This document shows positions 20,853 to 31,129 of a stretch of 64,000 nucleotides of DNA, piece by piece; within the stretch, counting starts at the first letter, position 1; every line of letters starts with the position of its first letter. Position numbers and translations under genes: made by a program. The stretch covers positions 1,888,001 to 1,952,000 of the forward strand of contig OY782781.1 in the NCBI GenBank assembly GCA_963678315.1, written 5' to 3'. The notes under the pieces were generated by a model. The model was not told where the DNA came from. It saw nothing but the letters and a program-made list of their open reading frames with translations, and searched no databases. Origin of the DNA: Candidatus Cloacimonadales bacterium (GTDB lineage: Bacteria; Cloacimonadota; Cloacimonadia; Cloacimonadales; JAFGVF01).

Positions 20853-20979
20853 GTAAAAATAAAGCAAAAACACATAGAATTCAGTCAAATGTAAATAGAC
20901 TAATAATTTCAATTAGAGTTGATTTCATTAGATGAAAGAGATAAAAACTAACAGGATATCAATATAAGTAGTATTTTTG

Positions 20980-21897
20980 TTATTTTTTCCTGTTAATCAT
21001 TAAAATTGCAAAAACCATGACAGAAGCAGAAATCAGTTGTATTTTTGATAAGCTGTGTCCATTTATATAGTAATCAAAAACAACTGATGAAATTGGAAAG
21101 AATAGTTCTGCAAAGGCAGAAGCTGTTGCCTTCACTCTTTTTAAACCATAATAATATAAAAGAATTGCTCCTGAGCCAGTTGTTAAAGATATTAATAGAA
21201 TATATAACCATTGAGTCATATCAACAGCTTTTACATGGGCAAAAACACTGTTAAAACCCATAAATATACCCATTATTATTGCAGTAAAACAATATCTAAA
21301 GTATGTAACTTCTTTAAAATTAAGAGAGGCTAGTGATTTCTTACTAAATACTGTTCCTGCTCCGAAAGAGAAGGCTGCTAATAATGCATATAATGATGCT
21401 GTTAGAAGGTTATTGTCAGCAGAGAAGTTAGGTATGTTGTTTTCAAATGTAAGGAAGTATCCCCCGACAAGAGCTAAAGCACCCCAAATCCAAAAGGTTC
21501 TTGAAGTTTTTTCACCTAAGAATATTCTTGCTAGGATAACTGCAAATATCGGCTGTAATTTTTGTAGAATTACAACTACTGAAAGGTGGTCAAAGTTTAC
21601 TAGGAATAGAGATTTAACTATTGCTATTGTTCCTAATGCACCTCCAAATATTGAAACGACAATTAAACTAAAAAGTGTTTTTACCTCAAGTTTTGGAATA
21701 ATCTTCCAGTATCTACCGAAAATGAAAGTCAATAATATTGCAGGGATGAAGTGCAACATAAATACAACGAATGGGACGTTTAATTTATACAAGTTTGGGG
21801 TTAGAGCTATACCGTCTAATCCCCAGAGGATTGCAGCCACAATAATGGCTATAATACCAAGTAATTCAGCTTTTAATATTTTATTCATAATCACCAC
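20980..21897 (-). CDS. EamA/DMT family transporter
   Basis: About 10 hydrophobic segments in two repeats; LWG, LQPIF..ILARIFLGEK motifs. Confidence 0.85.
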   Translation of the reverse strand: MVIMNKILKAELLGIIAIIVAAILWGLDGIALTPNLYKLNVPFVVFMLHFIPAILLTFIFGRYWKIIPKLEVKTLFSLIVVSIFGGALGTIAIVKSLFLVNFDHLSVVVILQKLQPIFAVILARIFLGEKTSRTFWIWGALALVGGYFLTFENNIPNFSADNNLLTASLYALLAAFSFGAGTVFSKKSLASLNFKEVTYFRYCFTAIIMGIFMGFNSVFAHVKAVDMTQWLYILLISLTTGSGAILLYYYGLKRVKATASAFAELFFPISSVVFDYYINGHSLSKIQLISASVMVFAILMINRKK

Positions 21898-21927
21898 AAA
21901 TCTAAGCTAGTTCAAATAGTAAAGAAA

Positions 21928-23256
21928 TTATTTTCCTCCAAGCAGAGTTATTCCTTCTATTCTATTCAATAGTCTCTTCTTATCAGCTAAATCGGGCACA
22001 TTTAATCCAGGCTCTAAAGATGTTATAACTGTTTTACCAATTATAAATCTTCCTTCATCTCCCCAGAAACTCTTCGTTCTTAAACCCCAAATATTATGTA
22101 AAACTAAGGGCTCACTTCCTATATGACCAATGTAAAGCATTATGTGACCTGGAACACGAACAAGAGTCTTGAATGGGATAGCATTCTCAATAATGAAAGT
22201 TTTGTATTCTCTTTTTTCAATATCTTTCATTGAAACAAATCTACCTCCATGTTTCGCTTGTGCAGAACTATTGCGTGGAAGCAAAATCCCGAAAGGCATA
22301 AATAAATCTAGCATGGATTGAGAACAATCTCGATTGAAGTACATTCCACCCCAACCATAATTCTGATTCATCATCTTTTCTGACAGTTCTGCAATGTTAT
22401 TTTCGGTAAATTTCACTGGATAATCTTTTACTGAATTATTGCTTATACTTCCAAGGGTAGGACTAGCAAAACCATACTTGTTCTTTCTAAATAATAATAC
22501 TTCAGACTCAAGAGAGTCTGTCTTTGTAAGTGGTAGAATAGTGCCTATGTCAACTGTGCAAATATAAGATACATTGCTATCATAAATTGGTATATCATCT
22601 TGCCAGATAGCTATTTTATTTCTAGATTTTATCTGATTTATTAAATCATCTTCAATATAGGCAATATCTACTGTTTTAACCCAACCACTACAAATATGAC
22701 ACGTTATAAGAGACCAGCCATTTGCTTCATGGTAGATAAATATAGGAGTACCTACTGGAAGAGTACTTTTTTGCCAATAATCAAAAGGGTAACCTTCGCC
22801 TGCTTTTTCAAAATTCAGAAAATATGGCTTATCAGTTGGATTTGAACGAATATTACTTCTTTGAATTGATATTCCCTTAACCAATGTGTTAAATTTTCCA
22901 TTTAATTCCGATTGCTCGTTAAGTTCTTCATATAAGGACGTATCTCGAACTAAAGTATTTTCTGCATAGCCAGCCCATGTTTTGAGTGAAGTTACTTTTT
23001 TACTATAATACTCATAGAGCTTATTAATTTCCAAAGAATCTGTTTCCATGTTAGGATTCCAAGGTGCATAAAACTTCTCATGCGATTCTTTAACTAGTTT
23101 CTCTTGATTTGCAAGTGTATCATTCAAAGAAGAATCCTGCAGATAATAAGTAGTATTCTGTGGGTAAAGCTTTATGTCGTTAATATATCTAGGGTAGCTG
23201 CTACATGCAGATAAAACTACGATTATAACTAGTAATATAAATTTATAGAATTTCAT
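21928..23256 (-). CDS. NlpC/P60 peptidoglycan endopeptidase lipoprotein with SH3-like domains
   Basis: Lipobox LSAC; YGWGG, RDCS (catalytic Cys), LPRNS, GHIMLY. Confidence 0.88.
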   Translation of the reverse strand: MKFYKFILLVIIVVLSACSSYPRYINDIKLYPQNTTYYLQDSSLNDTLANQEKLVKESHEKFYAPWNPNMETDSLEINKLYEYYSKKVTSLKTWAGYAENTLVRDTSLYEELNEQSELNGKFNTLVKGISIQRSNIRSNPTDKPYFLNFEKAGEGYPFDYWQKSTLPVGTPIFIYHEANGWSLITCHICSGWVKTVDIAYIEDDLINQIKSRNKIAIWQDDIPIYDSNVSYICTVDIGTILPLTKTDSLESEVLLFRKNKYGFASPTLGSISNNSVKDYPVKFTENNIAELSEKMMNQNYGWGGMYFNRDCSQSMLDLFMPFGILLPRNSSAQAKHGGRFVSMKDIEKREYKTFIIENAIPFKTLVRVPGHIMLYIGHIGSEPLVLHNIWGLRTKSFWGDEGRFIIGKTVITSLEPGLNVPDLADKKRLLNRIEGITLLGGK

Positions 23257-23410
23257 GAAACCTCACATTGCTTTTAAAATTAATACTTTATCTAGAGAAT
23301 GTTTACTTCTATATTGTAAAATTGATAATTAGATTGCATGTGTCAATAAAAAGTTGTTTCTAATTCAAAACTACTTCTTACAAGCAGACAATTAAAGTGC
23401 TTATCTTTTC

Positions 23411-23463
23411 GTAAGCATGAAGTTTCTTAAACTTCAACCTATCGGTGGATGCTTACAGTCCAT
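23411..23463. repeat. Dispersed ~55-bp GTAAGCAT...ATGCTTAC repeat
   Basis: Near-identical to 26393-26446; related to 26186-26240; partial inverted copy at 42216-42238. Confidence 0.7.
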
Positions 23464-23633
23464 TTTAACCTGAGAAAGAATCCATCTTAGACTTGAGAGT
23501 GTTACTTCTCTGCACCCCAAAAATAGCATGAAATAGCTAGGTTAGGTTAACATAACAATAGAGTTAAAATATTAATTGACAACAATTAAAAATATCTATA
23601 ATCTTGATTTAAGCTTAGAACAAAGGAGATAAT

Positions 23634-26108
23634 ATGAAGTTAATTAAATTAACCTTATTGGCTATGTTTTTTTTATTGTTTTGTTTTGGACTTTATGCTG
23701 AAGGAACAGCACCACAAGGATTAGGAACTTCCGAAAATCCTTATCAAATTGCAAACTTAGAAAATTTACGCTGGCTTTCCACAACCCTTTCTGCTTGGGG
23801 AGCTGAAGATAATCTAGTTTATTATATCCAAACAGAAGATATCGATGCTACAGATACCAGAAATTGGAATGGTGGAGCTGGATTCTCGCCTATCGGGGAT
23901 TATTTAGATTATTCTCCAACAAGAAAATTTATCGGTTCCTATGATGGTCAAAATCACACTATCTCAAACCTCTATATTAATAGATCTAACCAACCTTATA
24001 TTGGCCTTTTTGGATTTATAAAAACAGGAACAATCTCTAATTTAGGCATTATAGACAATATGACAACTGGTAGCACTTATGTAGGGGGATTGGTGGGTCA
24101 TTGTTTTTGGGAATCTACAATCGAAAACTCTTATTCGACAGGACGTGTTTCGGGCTTTAGCAATGTAGGAGGCTTGGTCGGATACTGTGATAGCACTACC
24201 ATATCATATACTTGTGCTACAGGAAGTGTTTCTGGCAATAGCAATGTAGGCGGATTAGTGGGTTATGTTTTTGATTCCACCATATCAAATGCTTATGCTA
24301 CAGGAAGTGTTTTTGGTGAAGTTAATTTTGTAGGAGGCTTGGTTGGAGTCTGTGATAACTCAACGATATCATATACTTATGCCACCGGAAGTGTTTCTAG
24401 CACCGGAAATGGAGCTGTAGGCGGATTGGTGGGAGCAAAATCAATTGTTGCCTTTGTGAACAATTCTTTTTGGGATATTTACACAACTGGTCAAACAGTG
24501 TCAGATGGTGGAAGTGGCTTGCCAACCGAACAAATGACAGATGCAACAGCATATTTACTCGCTGGTTGGGACTTTGTAGGGCCAGCAGATGGACAGAATG
24601 AAGATATTTGGGGCATTCATTCAATAGCTAATGGTGGTTATCCATTCTTGATGTGGCAATTTCAATCTATTATGGATATAAGTGATAGAATTGTTATCGG
24701 TGAAAATGATGTTACGTCACATACTTTTGGTTATACCCAAGTCACAGTAGAAATGTTAGAAAATCATCCAGAAATTACTCTTGATGTTACTCTATACACT
24801 CAAGCACCAAATGTTGTAAATGATGTTTTACCTCCACATGTAACAACATTACTTCCCGTATTTTGGGATGTAGATAGTAACGGTGTAGAAGGCTATAGTT
24901 ACAATTTCACTTTTGATTTAACTGAATTTGAAGATTTAGCTGAAGGAAGTAATTTTGCAGTTCTTAAAAGAGATAGTGCAATGGATGAGTGGAAAGATGT
25001 TTTAGCTTTAGGAGCATCTTTTGAAATAGTTGGTAATCAAGCTATTGTTTCAGGACTTGATTCTTTCTGTCAATTTGCAGTAGGTAACGCAATTGAAGCT
25101 ACTCCGGTAGAAGAAAATCATAGTGACCCTCTTGAATTCCCTCAATCAGGTGTAGAAATAGAGTTTCCTAGTAATAACCCAGCACTTACTTTGGAAGTAA
25201 TTCTGATAGAAAGCACACCAACAATAGTTAATGGATCTTTACCTACTTCAGTTAATAAGCTTTGCTCTAATCACTGGCAAGTAAATTGTAATGGTGTAGC
25301 TGTTTATAACATTACTTTTGATATGACAGGTTTCCCTGAATTAGAAAGCTATAATAACTTTAGAATTCTCAAAAGAGAAGATAATAAAGAAGAATGGATT
25401 GATGTAATAACCCTTGGTGGAATTGTGACTCGCAATGGAAATAAAATTACAGTTTCTGGCTTAGATTCATTCTCTCAATTTGTTCCTGCTTATGATGAAA
25501 ATGATACCCTTCCTGTAACCCTTTCTTCTTTCAATGCTGTAGCCTACTCTGATGAATATGTATCAATCAACTGGGTAACAGAATCAGAATCAAATCTTTT
25601 AGGCTTCAATGTGCTTAGAGCTGAAACTGAGAATGTAGAAAACTCTGTAAGAGTTAACAGCTCAATGATTGCTCCAAATAATACAGGACAAACATCTAGT
25701 TATTCATTTGTAGATGATGAAGTATCAGCAGGAAGATACTACTACTGGTTAGAAACAAGAGAACTCTCTAATGAAGTTCAGCTTAGTCACGCCTTTATGG
25801 TTGAGGTAAAAGCTGGAGATGATAGTCCACAACTACCAACAGAAACTCTTTTAGGTAATCCTTACCCATCACCATTTGCTGGAAATACTCAAGCTGATTT
25901 AAGAGTTAAAGAAGGTGAAACAGCTAGTGTAACAGTATATAACCTATTAGGACAAGTAGTGAAGAGAGAAAGCTTCTCAGCTGGTAATCATACTTTCGAA
26001 TGGAATGGTAATGATTCAAAAGGAAACAGGACAGCTAATGGCATCTATTTCTTTAGAATGACTACTCCATCACAAACAAAATCTTATAAGGTTCTAAAAT
26101 TGAAATAA
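23634..26108 (+). CDS. Secreted surface protein: GLUG repeats, duplicated beta domain, C-terminal T9SS-CTD/FlgD-Ig-like domain
   Basis: Signal peptide; GxGTSENPYQI; five VGGLVG repeats; two VSGLDSF-ending domains; LPVTLSSF; PYPSPF...VYNLLGQ...WNG...GIYFF...KVLKLK. Confidence 0.8.
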   Translation: MKLIKLTLLAMFFLLFCFGLYAEGTAPQGLGTSENPYQIANLENLRWLSTTLSAWGAEDNLVYYIQTEDIDATDTRNWNGGAGFSPIGDYLDYSPTRKFIGSYDGQNHTISNLYINRSNQPYIGLFGFIKTGTISNLGIIDNMTTGSTYVGGLVGHCFWESTIENSYSTGRVSGFSNVGGLVGYCDSTTISYTCATGSVSGNSNVGGLVGYVFDSTISNAYATGSVFGEVNFVGGLVGVCDNSTISYTYATGSVSSTGNGAVGGLVGAKSIVAFVNNSFWDIYTTGQTVSDGGSGLPTEQMTDATAYLLAGWDFVGPADGQNEDIWGIHSIANGGYPFLMWQFQSIMDISDRIVIGENDVTSHTFGYTQVTVEMLENHPEITLDVTLYTQAPNVVNDVLPPHVTTLLPVFWDVDSNGVEGYSYNFTFDLTEFEDLAEGSNFAVLKRDSAMDEWKDVLALGASFEIVGNQAIVSGLDSFCQFAVGNAIEATPVEENHSDPLEFPQSGVEIEFPSNNPALTLEVILIESTPTIVNGSLPTSVNKLCSNHWQVNCNGVAVYNITFDMTGFPELESYNNFRILKREDNKEEWIDVITLGGIVTRNGNKITVSGLDSFSQFVPAYDENDTLPVTLSSFNAVAYSDEYVSINWVTESESNLLGFNVLRAETENVENSVRVNSSMIAPNNTGQTSSYSFVDDEVSAGRYYYWLETRELSNEVQLSHAFMVEVKAGDDSPQLPTETLLGNPYPSPFAGNTQADLRVKEGETASVTVYNLLGQVVKRESFSAGNHTFEWNGNDSKGNRTANGIYFFRMTTPSQTKSYKVLKLK

Positions 26109-26144
26109 ACTAGGATTGTAAGATACTAGCTTACCAATGAATAT

Positions 26145-26179
26145 AGGACATATCATATCGATATGTCCTTTTCTTTTTT
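26145..26179 (+). terminator. Rho-independent terminator
   Basis: aggacatatc-atatc-gatatgtcct followed by a T-tract. Confidence 0.75.
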
Positions 26180-26185
26180 GCTAAT

Positions 26186-26789
26186 GTAAGCATGACTTTT
26201 TCTTGCTCTTCAATCTAGCTATCTATGCTTACACTCCATTATTCTCAATTCTGAATCCGTCTGAACTGTGCTGCAAATCTATATCGTCCCTTCGGGACTC
26301 AAACCACTTATATCATTCTACATGGGGTGCAAGACCCCATGCTAATACATGACACCCCTTTGGGGTTAATACATGACTCCAGTATTGCCAGCGTAAGCAT
26401 AAAGTTTCTTAATCTTCAACCTATCAGTGGATGCTTACACTCCATTATCAATTCATCCTCGCATCCCCTACGATTGAAATCATGGGCTCAGAAAAGATAT
26501 GTCCCCAAGGGACATAAATGAATTTATACCCTGTAAGGGTTAATCAATAAAGAGCCCATGGTTTTAACCATGGGTGATAAAATGGAGATCAATTATCTTT
26601 ATTCTTTTTTTTATTTAGAAGTACAGCCGTTAGTGTTTACAAATTCACTTATAACTAACAAACGTTCTAAGTGAAGCCAGCGCGGAGGCTGGCGATCCCA
26701 GTTTGTCCAATGGCGTTCCCAGTCACTCCTAACTCCTTCCTTAAGGGTCTCATTGAAAAATCGGCTTTTTTTCAAGGAGGCAAGTAAGG
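26186..26789. repeat. Intergenic cluster of several REP-like palindrome families
   Basis: GTAAGCAT elements (26186-26240, 26393-26446); bipartite CCCATGG-type hairpins (26321-26366, 26465-26516, 26528-26575); ~150-bp element 26638-26789 repeated at 41988-42156. Confidence 0.75.
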
Positions 26790-27011
26790 GTCGGGTATTT
26801 TTTGGAAGGAATAGTTTAAACTATGTTGCTTTTAGAAAGGTGAGCATATAGAACTTTTAAGGCTATATAAGATGTATTGGAAAGTAATAATAAAGGAGAA
26901 AGAAAAGTATTGATAAAACAGATTGACATTTAAATGTGAGGATAAGAATTAGTTTAATGAATAGTTTAATCGTAAACTTGATATTAATATAAATTATCTT
27001 ATGAGGAATAA

Positions 27012-28244
27012 ATGGAAAAATCAAGAAATTATACCATTACTAAAAGAATTCTAATTATTTCTGCTTTGTTTAATGGATTCTTTTTATCTTTTGGAAATAT
27101 TCAAGATATTATTGCTAGAAAAGCTTTTGGTGCTGTTGATTGGCAGTTAACACTTTTAGCCATGATGTGGCCTGTTACCAACTTTTTCTCCATTTGGTGG
27201 GGAAAGCTACTTGAACAGAGTGAAAGCAAAGCTAAGTTCTTCTTAATGGTAGGTATATGTGGTAGATTAGCACTTCTTTCTGCTTACTTTATAACTAACA
27301 TTAATATTTATATTTTGATTTATGGTTGGGTAAGTTTCTTTAATGGAATACTATCACCTGCTACAAATTCGATATATCAAGCCAATTTCCCCAAAGATAG
27401 GTCTAAGATATTTGGTTTAACAATTTCTCTTAGTTCCCTTGTAAGTGTTGTTTTTGCTTTTCTAGCAGGAAGAATGTTAGATACTAATGAGAATAATGTA
27501 AGACTTATTTTTATAACTGTAGCAATAGCAGGATTTATTGGGTCATCAGTATTAAGTCTGGTTAAGCTTGATTCTCATAATGTAAAGCTTCAAAAGAAAG
27601 AGAAAAATACAAACTTTCTAACTCCATTGAAAAGGGCATTAAGACTACTCAAAACTAACAAACCTTATGCTCATTTTCAGAGAGATTTCACTCTTTATGG
27701 TTTTGGATTTCTGTCTTTAGTTCCTGTAGTGCCAATCTTTTTAGTTGATTATTTAAAACTGAATTATACAGAATCATTTATTTCAAAAGGAATTTTAGCA
27801 CAAGTAGGATTATTAATCTTATCTCCTATTATAGGTAGATTTCATGATAGATTTCATCCATTTAAGTTTATTACTATAGCCTTTGCTGGCATAGCAATGT
27901 TTCCAATTTTATTGATAGTAACTGGATTAATGAATAACCATTTAACCACATTGATTGCTATATATGGAACATATATTGTGTATGGCTTGGCTATGGCTGC
28001 TGTTAATATTGCCTGGAACATGAGCTCAATTCATTTTGCAGGGGATGATGATGTCTCTATGTATCAGAGTTTACACATAACTATTACAGGGATAAGAGGT
28101 CTGTTTGCACCAATCTTAGGTATCTTAGCAAAGAATTTACTTGGAGTGTATGGAGCTTTTGCCATGTCTTGTTGCTTCTTTTTATCTGCTTCAATATTCT
28201 CATATCTCGATTATAAAAAATATTCTCAAGGAAAGTTAAATTAA
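27012..28244 (+). CDS. MFS transporter
   Basis: About 12 hydrophobic segments; GRFHDRFH motif-A-like sequence in the second half. Confidence 0.8.
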   Translation: MEKSRNYTITKRILIISALFNGFFLSFGNIQDIIARKAFGAVDWQLTLLAMMWPVTNFFSIWWGKLLEQSESKAKFFLMVGICGRLALLSAYFITNINIYILIYGWVSFFNGILSPATNSIYQANFPKDRSKIFGLTISLSSLVSVVFAFLAGRMLDTNENNVRLIFITVAIAGFIGSSVLSLVKLDSHNVKLQKKEKNTNFLTPLKRALRLLKTNKPYAHFQRDFTLYGFGFLSLVPVVPIFLVDYLKLNYTESFISKGILAQVGLLILSPIIGRFHDRFHPFKFITIAFAGIAMFPILLIVTGLMNNHLTTLIAIYGTYIVYGLAMAAVNIAWNMSSIHFAGDDDVSMYQSLHITITGIRGLFAPILGILAKNLLGVYGAFAMSCCFFLSASIFSYLDYKKYSQGKLN

Positions 28245-28377
28245 TTTATAGTTCACTAACTATATACTAATAAAATAAGTAGTTAGAAGCTATGTCCGTA
28301 TCCCACTACAAAAAAATAATAGTAAAATGTAATATGGAATGAATATTGTATTACATAATTTAAAAGAATTTAAGTAG

Positions 28378-31068
28378 GTGGATATGAAAAGAATTTTGTT
28401 TTGGATAATTGTTTCAATTTTCATAGTTTCTTGTTCTAATCAGTCAATTAAGAAAGAGAATGTAATAAGTCATGATAGTTATTCATCAACAACAAGTGCT
28501 AGCTATTTTGTTGAACTTGACCAGTCAACAATTGATAGAATACAAAGATATAACTCTAACAATGCTGAAGCTTTAATTGAGTATGTTAACAGATTAGCAA
28601 TGGTAAAAAAAGACTATGCTAAGTTTGTATTAGAAAACTCTTCTGATAATGATTTAGCTGTCTTAACACCTGAATACCTTGATGAGCATTTAACTTATGC
28701 TCTTAAAGCGAAAGAACTTCCTTATGTTAAATCAATTCCAGAACAAGAATTTAGACATTTTGTATTACCTTTAAGAGTATCTCAAGAACCTTTTGAAAAT
28801 TGGAGAAAGAAATTCTTTGATGATTTGTATCCAAAGGTATCACAAGCAAAAACTATCAATGAAGCAATTATGATTGCTGATTTATATTATCTAGAAGGTG
28901 TTTATTTTAAACAAACATCAGGTAGAGATCAAGGACCACTTCTTTGCATTAAAAGAGGTTATGGACGTTGTGAAGAGATGATGATTTTGCAGATGTGCGT
29001 TGCTAGAGCAATAGGCATTCCATGTCGTCCTGCTTCAGCTAGCTATTGGTCTTTTACAGATAGTAATCATGTTTGGACTGAAGTATGGACACCTCAAGGT
29101 TGGAAGATAGTTCCGGAAGCTTATCCTCAAGAATACAGAACTTCTTCATGGGAAATTGATAGAGCAATGAAAGCTCCAATGATAACATCAACTGTTTTTG
29201 GGAAATATCCATCTTATGATGTGATAGAAGATAATGAAATATACACAGAAATAAATACAACTGAAAATTATAATAAAACTGTTCCAATAAAAGTTAGAGT
29301 TATGGATGAAAACAAATTACCTGTTGTAGATGCTAAAGTTTATTTTTATGCAACTACATTTGGAGGCTTGTTTGTCTTGTATTCAACTGAAACTGATAGT
29401 AAGGGTCAAGTAAATCTCAAAGTAGGAGAAACTTCAATGTACGTTACTGCTGGTAAAGATGGAGAGATTGCTAGTGGCTTAATTAGTACAGTTAAAGGTT
29501 TAAATGAACTATCTCTTACCCTTAAAAAGAACAATGACTTTAATGAAGATATGGTTTATTATTTTCCTCTATCCTCATCAAGTAACAGAAACTTTCAACT
29601 TGCTCCAGAAGATAAATTATTCAGAGAGCAGATGCATGATTTGGCTAACAAAAGAAGGGATCAAAGACTGCTATCTCAAAGAAAAACAATTGACTTTCTA
29701 AATAACTATCCATTAGAAAATACTGATGAAGAATCTTATGTTTCAGAAAGAACATCTTATTTAGAGAAGACAGATCTTCTTGCTGGAAATTCAGAAAATT
29801 GGAAAGAAGTTGATGAATGGATTAATGAGCAAGAAAACAAAGAAGATTTGCGTCAAACTATGGTTGATATTGTAAATATTTGGAACATTAAAGATTTAAT
29901 TGAACTTCCTGATGTGGAATCTATTAAAAACTTGATAGAATTATATACAAGCAATCGTAACCGATATAAGAGCAAAGTATCTCATGAAATGTTTAAAGAA
30001 AATGTGATTAGTCCAATCTTTGGAGCTAATCCTTTCCCAGAAACTGGCTATCAACTTGATTTGTATAAGAATATTGTCCAATTACAAGAAGAAGATATAG
30101 ATGCAACAGTTACTAATCTATATCAATGGGTGAAAAATAACACAATCATAGATACTATGGGAACATGGTCTTACTTTTCTGGAAGCTTAACCCCAACACA
30201 ACTAGTTAATAAAAAGTATCTGAGTGAAAGTCAAACTATATATCTTCTTACTTCAATGCTACAAAATGCTGGTATTCCAGCAAGATGGCAGGGCTTCCTT
30301 GAGTATTATAATGGTGACGAATGGAAGGAACTAAAGCTTGATTTTATTCAAGATGAAGAATCAGAGGAAAAAAGCAGAAGCTTAGTTGAATTTGAGTTGA
30401 AAATGTTAGTTGATGGGGAAGAGGTTCAACCTTCTCCATGGAGTAACTTCTTGCTAGCTTCTCACAAAGGAGATGGACTTGTAACAAATTGCTGGTTTGA
30501 CTTCTATGAAAAGGAAGGAAAATACTTTGTTAAGTATTACCAAGAAGAAGATCAAGATAACTATTTTGAAAGCTATATTAGAAATCAAAATGGGGATGCC
30601 CATGTACAAGTCAGTAAGCTTGATGCTAATTCAAAAGAAATGACAATTTCACTGAATACTCCAAAAACATCTATTGAGAATAACATTCAATGGAAACGAA
30701 AAACTATCCATAACATAACTTCTTTCTTAGAGAATGAAAAACTAAATGAAGGACTTACTCTTCTATTTGTAAGAAATAAGAATGACAATGAACCTCAAGA
30801 GAGGATGTTAGAACAGCTTCAAGATAAGAGTAAAGAGTTTGCAGATAAAAATGTTAAGCTCATTGTTTACACTCAAGAAAGAAGTGATAGAGATATTAAC
30901 AAAAATAATGAAGGCATAAAGTATTTTACAGGTAAGCAAATAATTACAGAATCATTAGAACTTGAAGATTATCCCCTTATATTCATCTTTAAGAATGATG
31001 TGCTTATCTCATCTGCAAATGGGTATGATATGGGGTTGATAAACTATCTCCTAAGAACAGTTGATTAA
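28378..31068 (+). CDS. Transglutaminase-like (cysteine protease fold) lipoprotein
   Basis: Lipobox IVSC; FVLPLRV.QEP, GRCEE, RAIGIPCR, NHVWTEVW; second degenerate domain LQNAGIPAR. Confidence 0.75.
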   Translation: MDMKRILFWIIVSIFIVSCSNQSIKKENVISHDSYSSTTSASYFVELDQSTIDRIQRYNSNNAEALIEYVNRLAMVKKDYAKFVLENSSDNDLAVLTPEYLDEHLTYALKAKELPYVKSIPEQEFRHFVLPLRVSQEPFENWRKKFFDDLYPKVSQAKTINEAIMIADLYYLEGVYFKQTSGRDQGPLLCIKRGYGRCEEMMILQMCVARAIGIPCRPASASYWSFTDSNHVWTEVWTPQGWKIVPEAYPQEYRTSSWEIDRAMKAPMITSTVFGKYPSYDVIEDNEIYTEINTTENYNKTVPIKVRVMDENKLPVVDAKVYFYATTFGGLFVLYSTETDSKGQVNLKVGETSMYVTAGKDGEIASGLISTVKGLNELSLTLKKNNDFNEDMVYYFPLSSSSNRNFQLAPEDKLFREQMHDLANKRRDQRLLSQRKTIDFLNNYPLENTDEESYVSERTSYLEKTDLLAGNSENWKEVDEWINEQENKEDLRQTMVDIVNIWNIKDLIELPDVESIKNLIELYTSNRNRYKSKVSHEMFKENVISPIFGANPFPETGYQLDLYKNIVQLQEEDIDATVTNLYQWVKNNTIIDTMGTWSYFSGSLTPTQLVNKKYLSESQTIYLLTSMLQNAGIPARWQGFLEYYNGDEWKELKLDFIQDEESEEKSRSLVEFELKMLVDGEEVQPSPWSNFLLASHKGDGLVTNCWFDFYEKEGKYFVKYYQEEDQDNYFESYIRNQNGDAHVQVSKLDANSKEMTISLNTPKTSIENNIQWKRKTIHNITSFLENEKLNEGLTLLFVRNKNDNEPQERMLEQLQDKSKEFADKNVKLIVYTQERSDRDINKNNEGIKYFTGKQIITESLELEDYPLIFIFKNDVLISSANGYDMGLINYLLRTVD

Positions 31069-31094
31069 GATTAACTGTTTTCTCACTAAGTCAC

Positions 31095-31117
31095 GGGGCT
31101 GGAAACAGCCCTTTTTC
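31095..31117 (+). terminator. Rho-independent terminator between convergent genes
   Basis: gggctg-gaaa-cagccc followed by ttttt. Confidence 0.75.
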
Positions 31118-31129
31118 TATTACGAAAAA

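Noticed and set aside
26327..26521. 64-aa ORF in the intergenic region
   Set aside because: It is made entirely of REP-like palindromes, with a weak start and no protein-like features.
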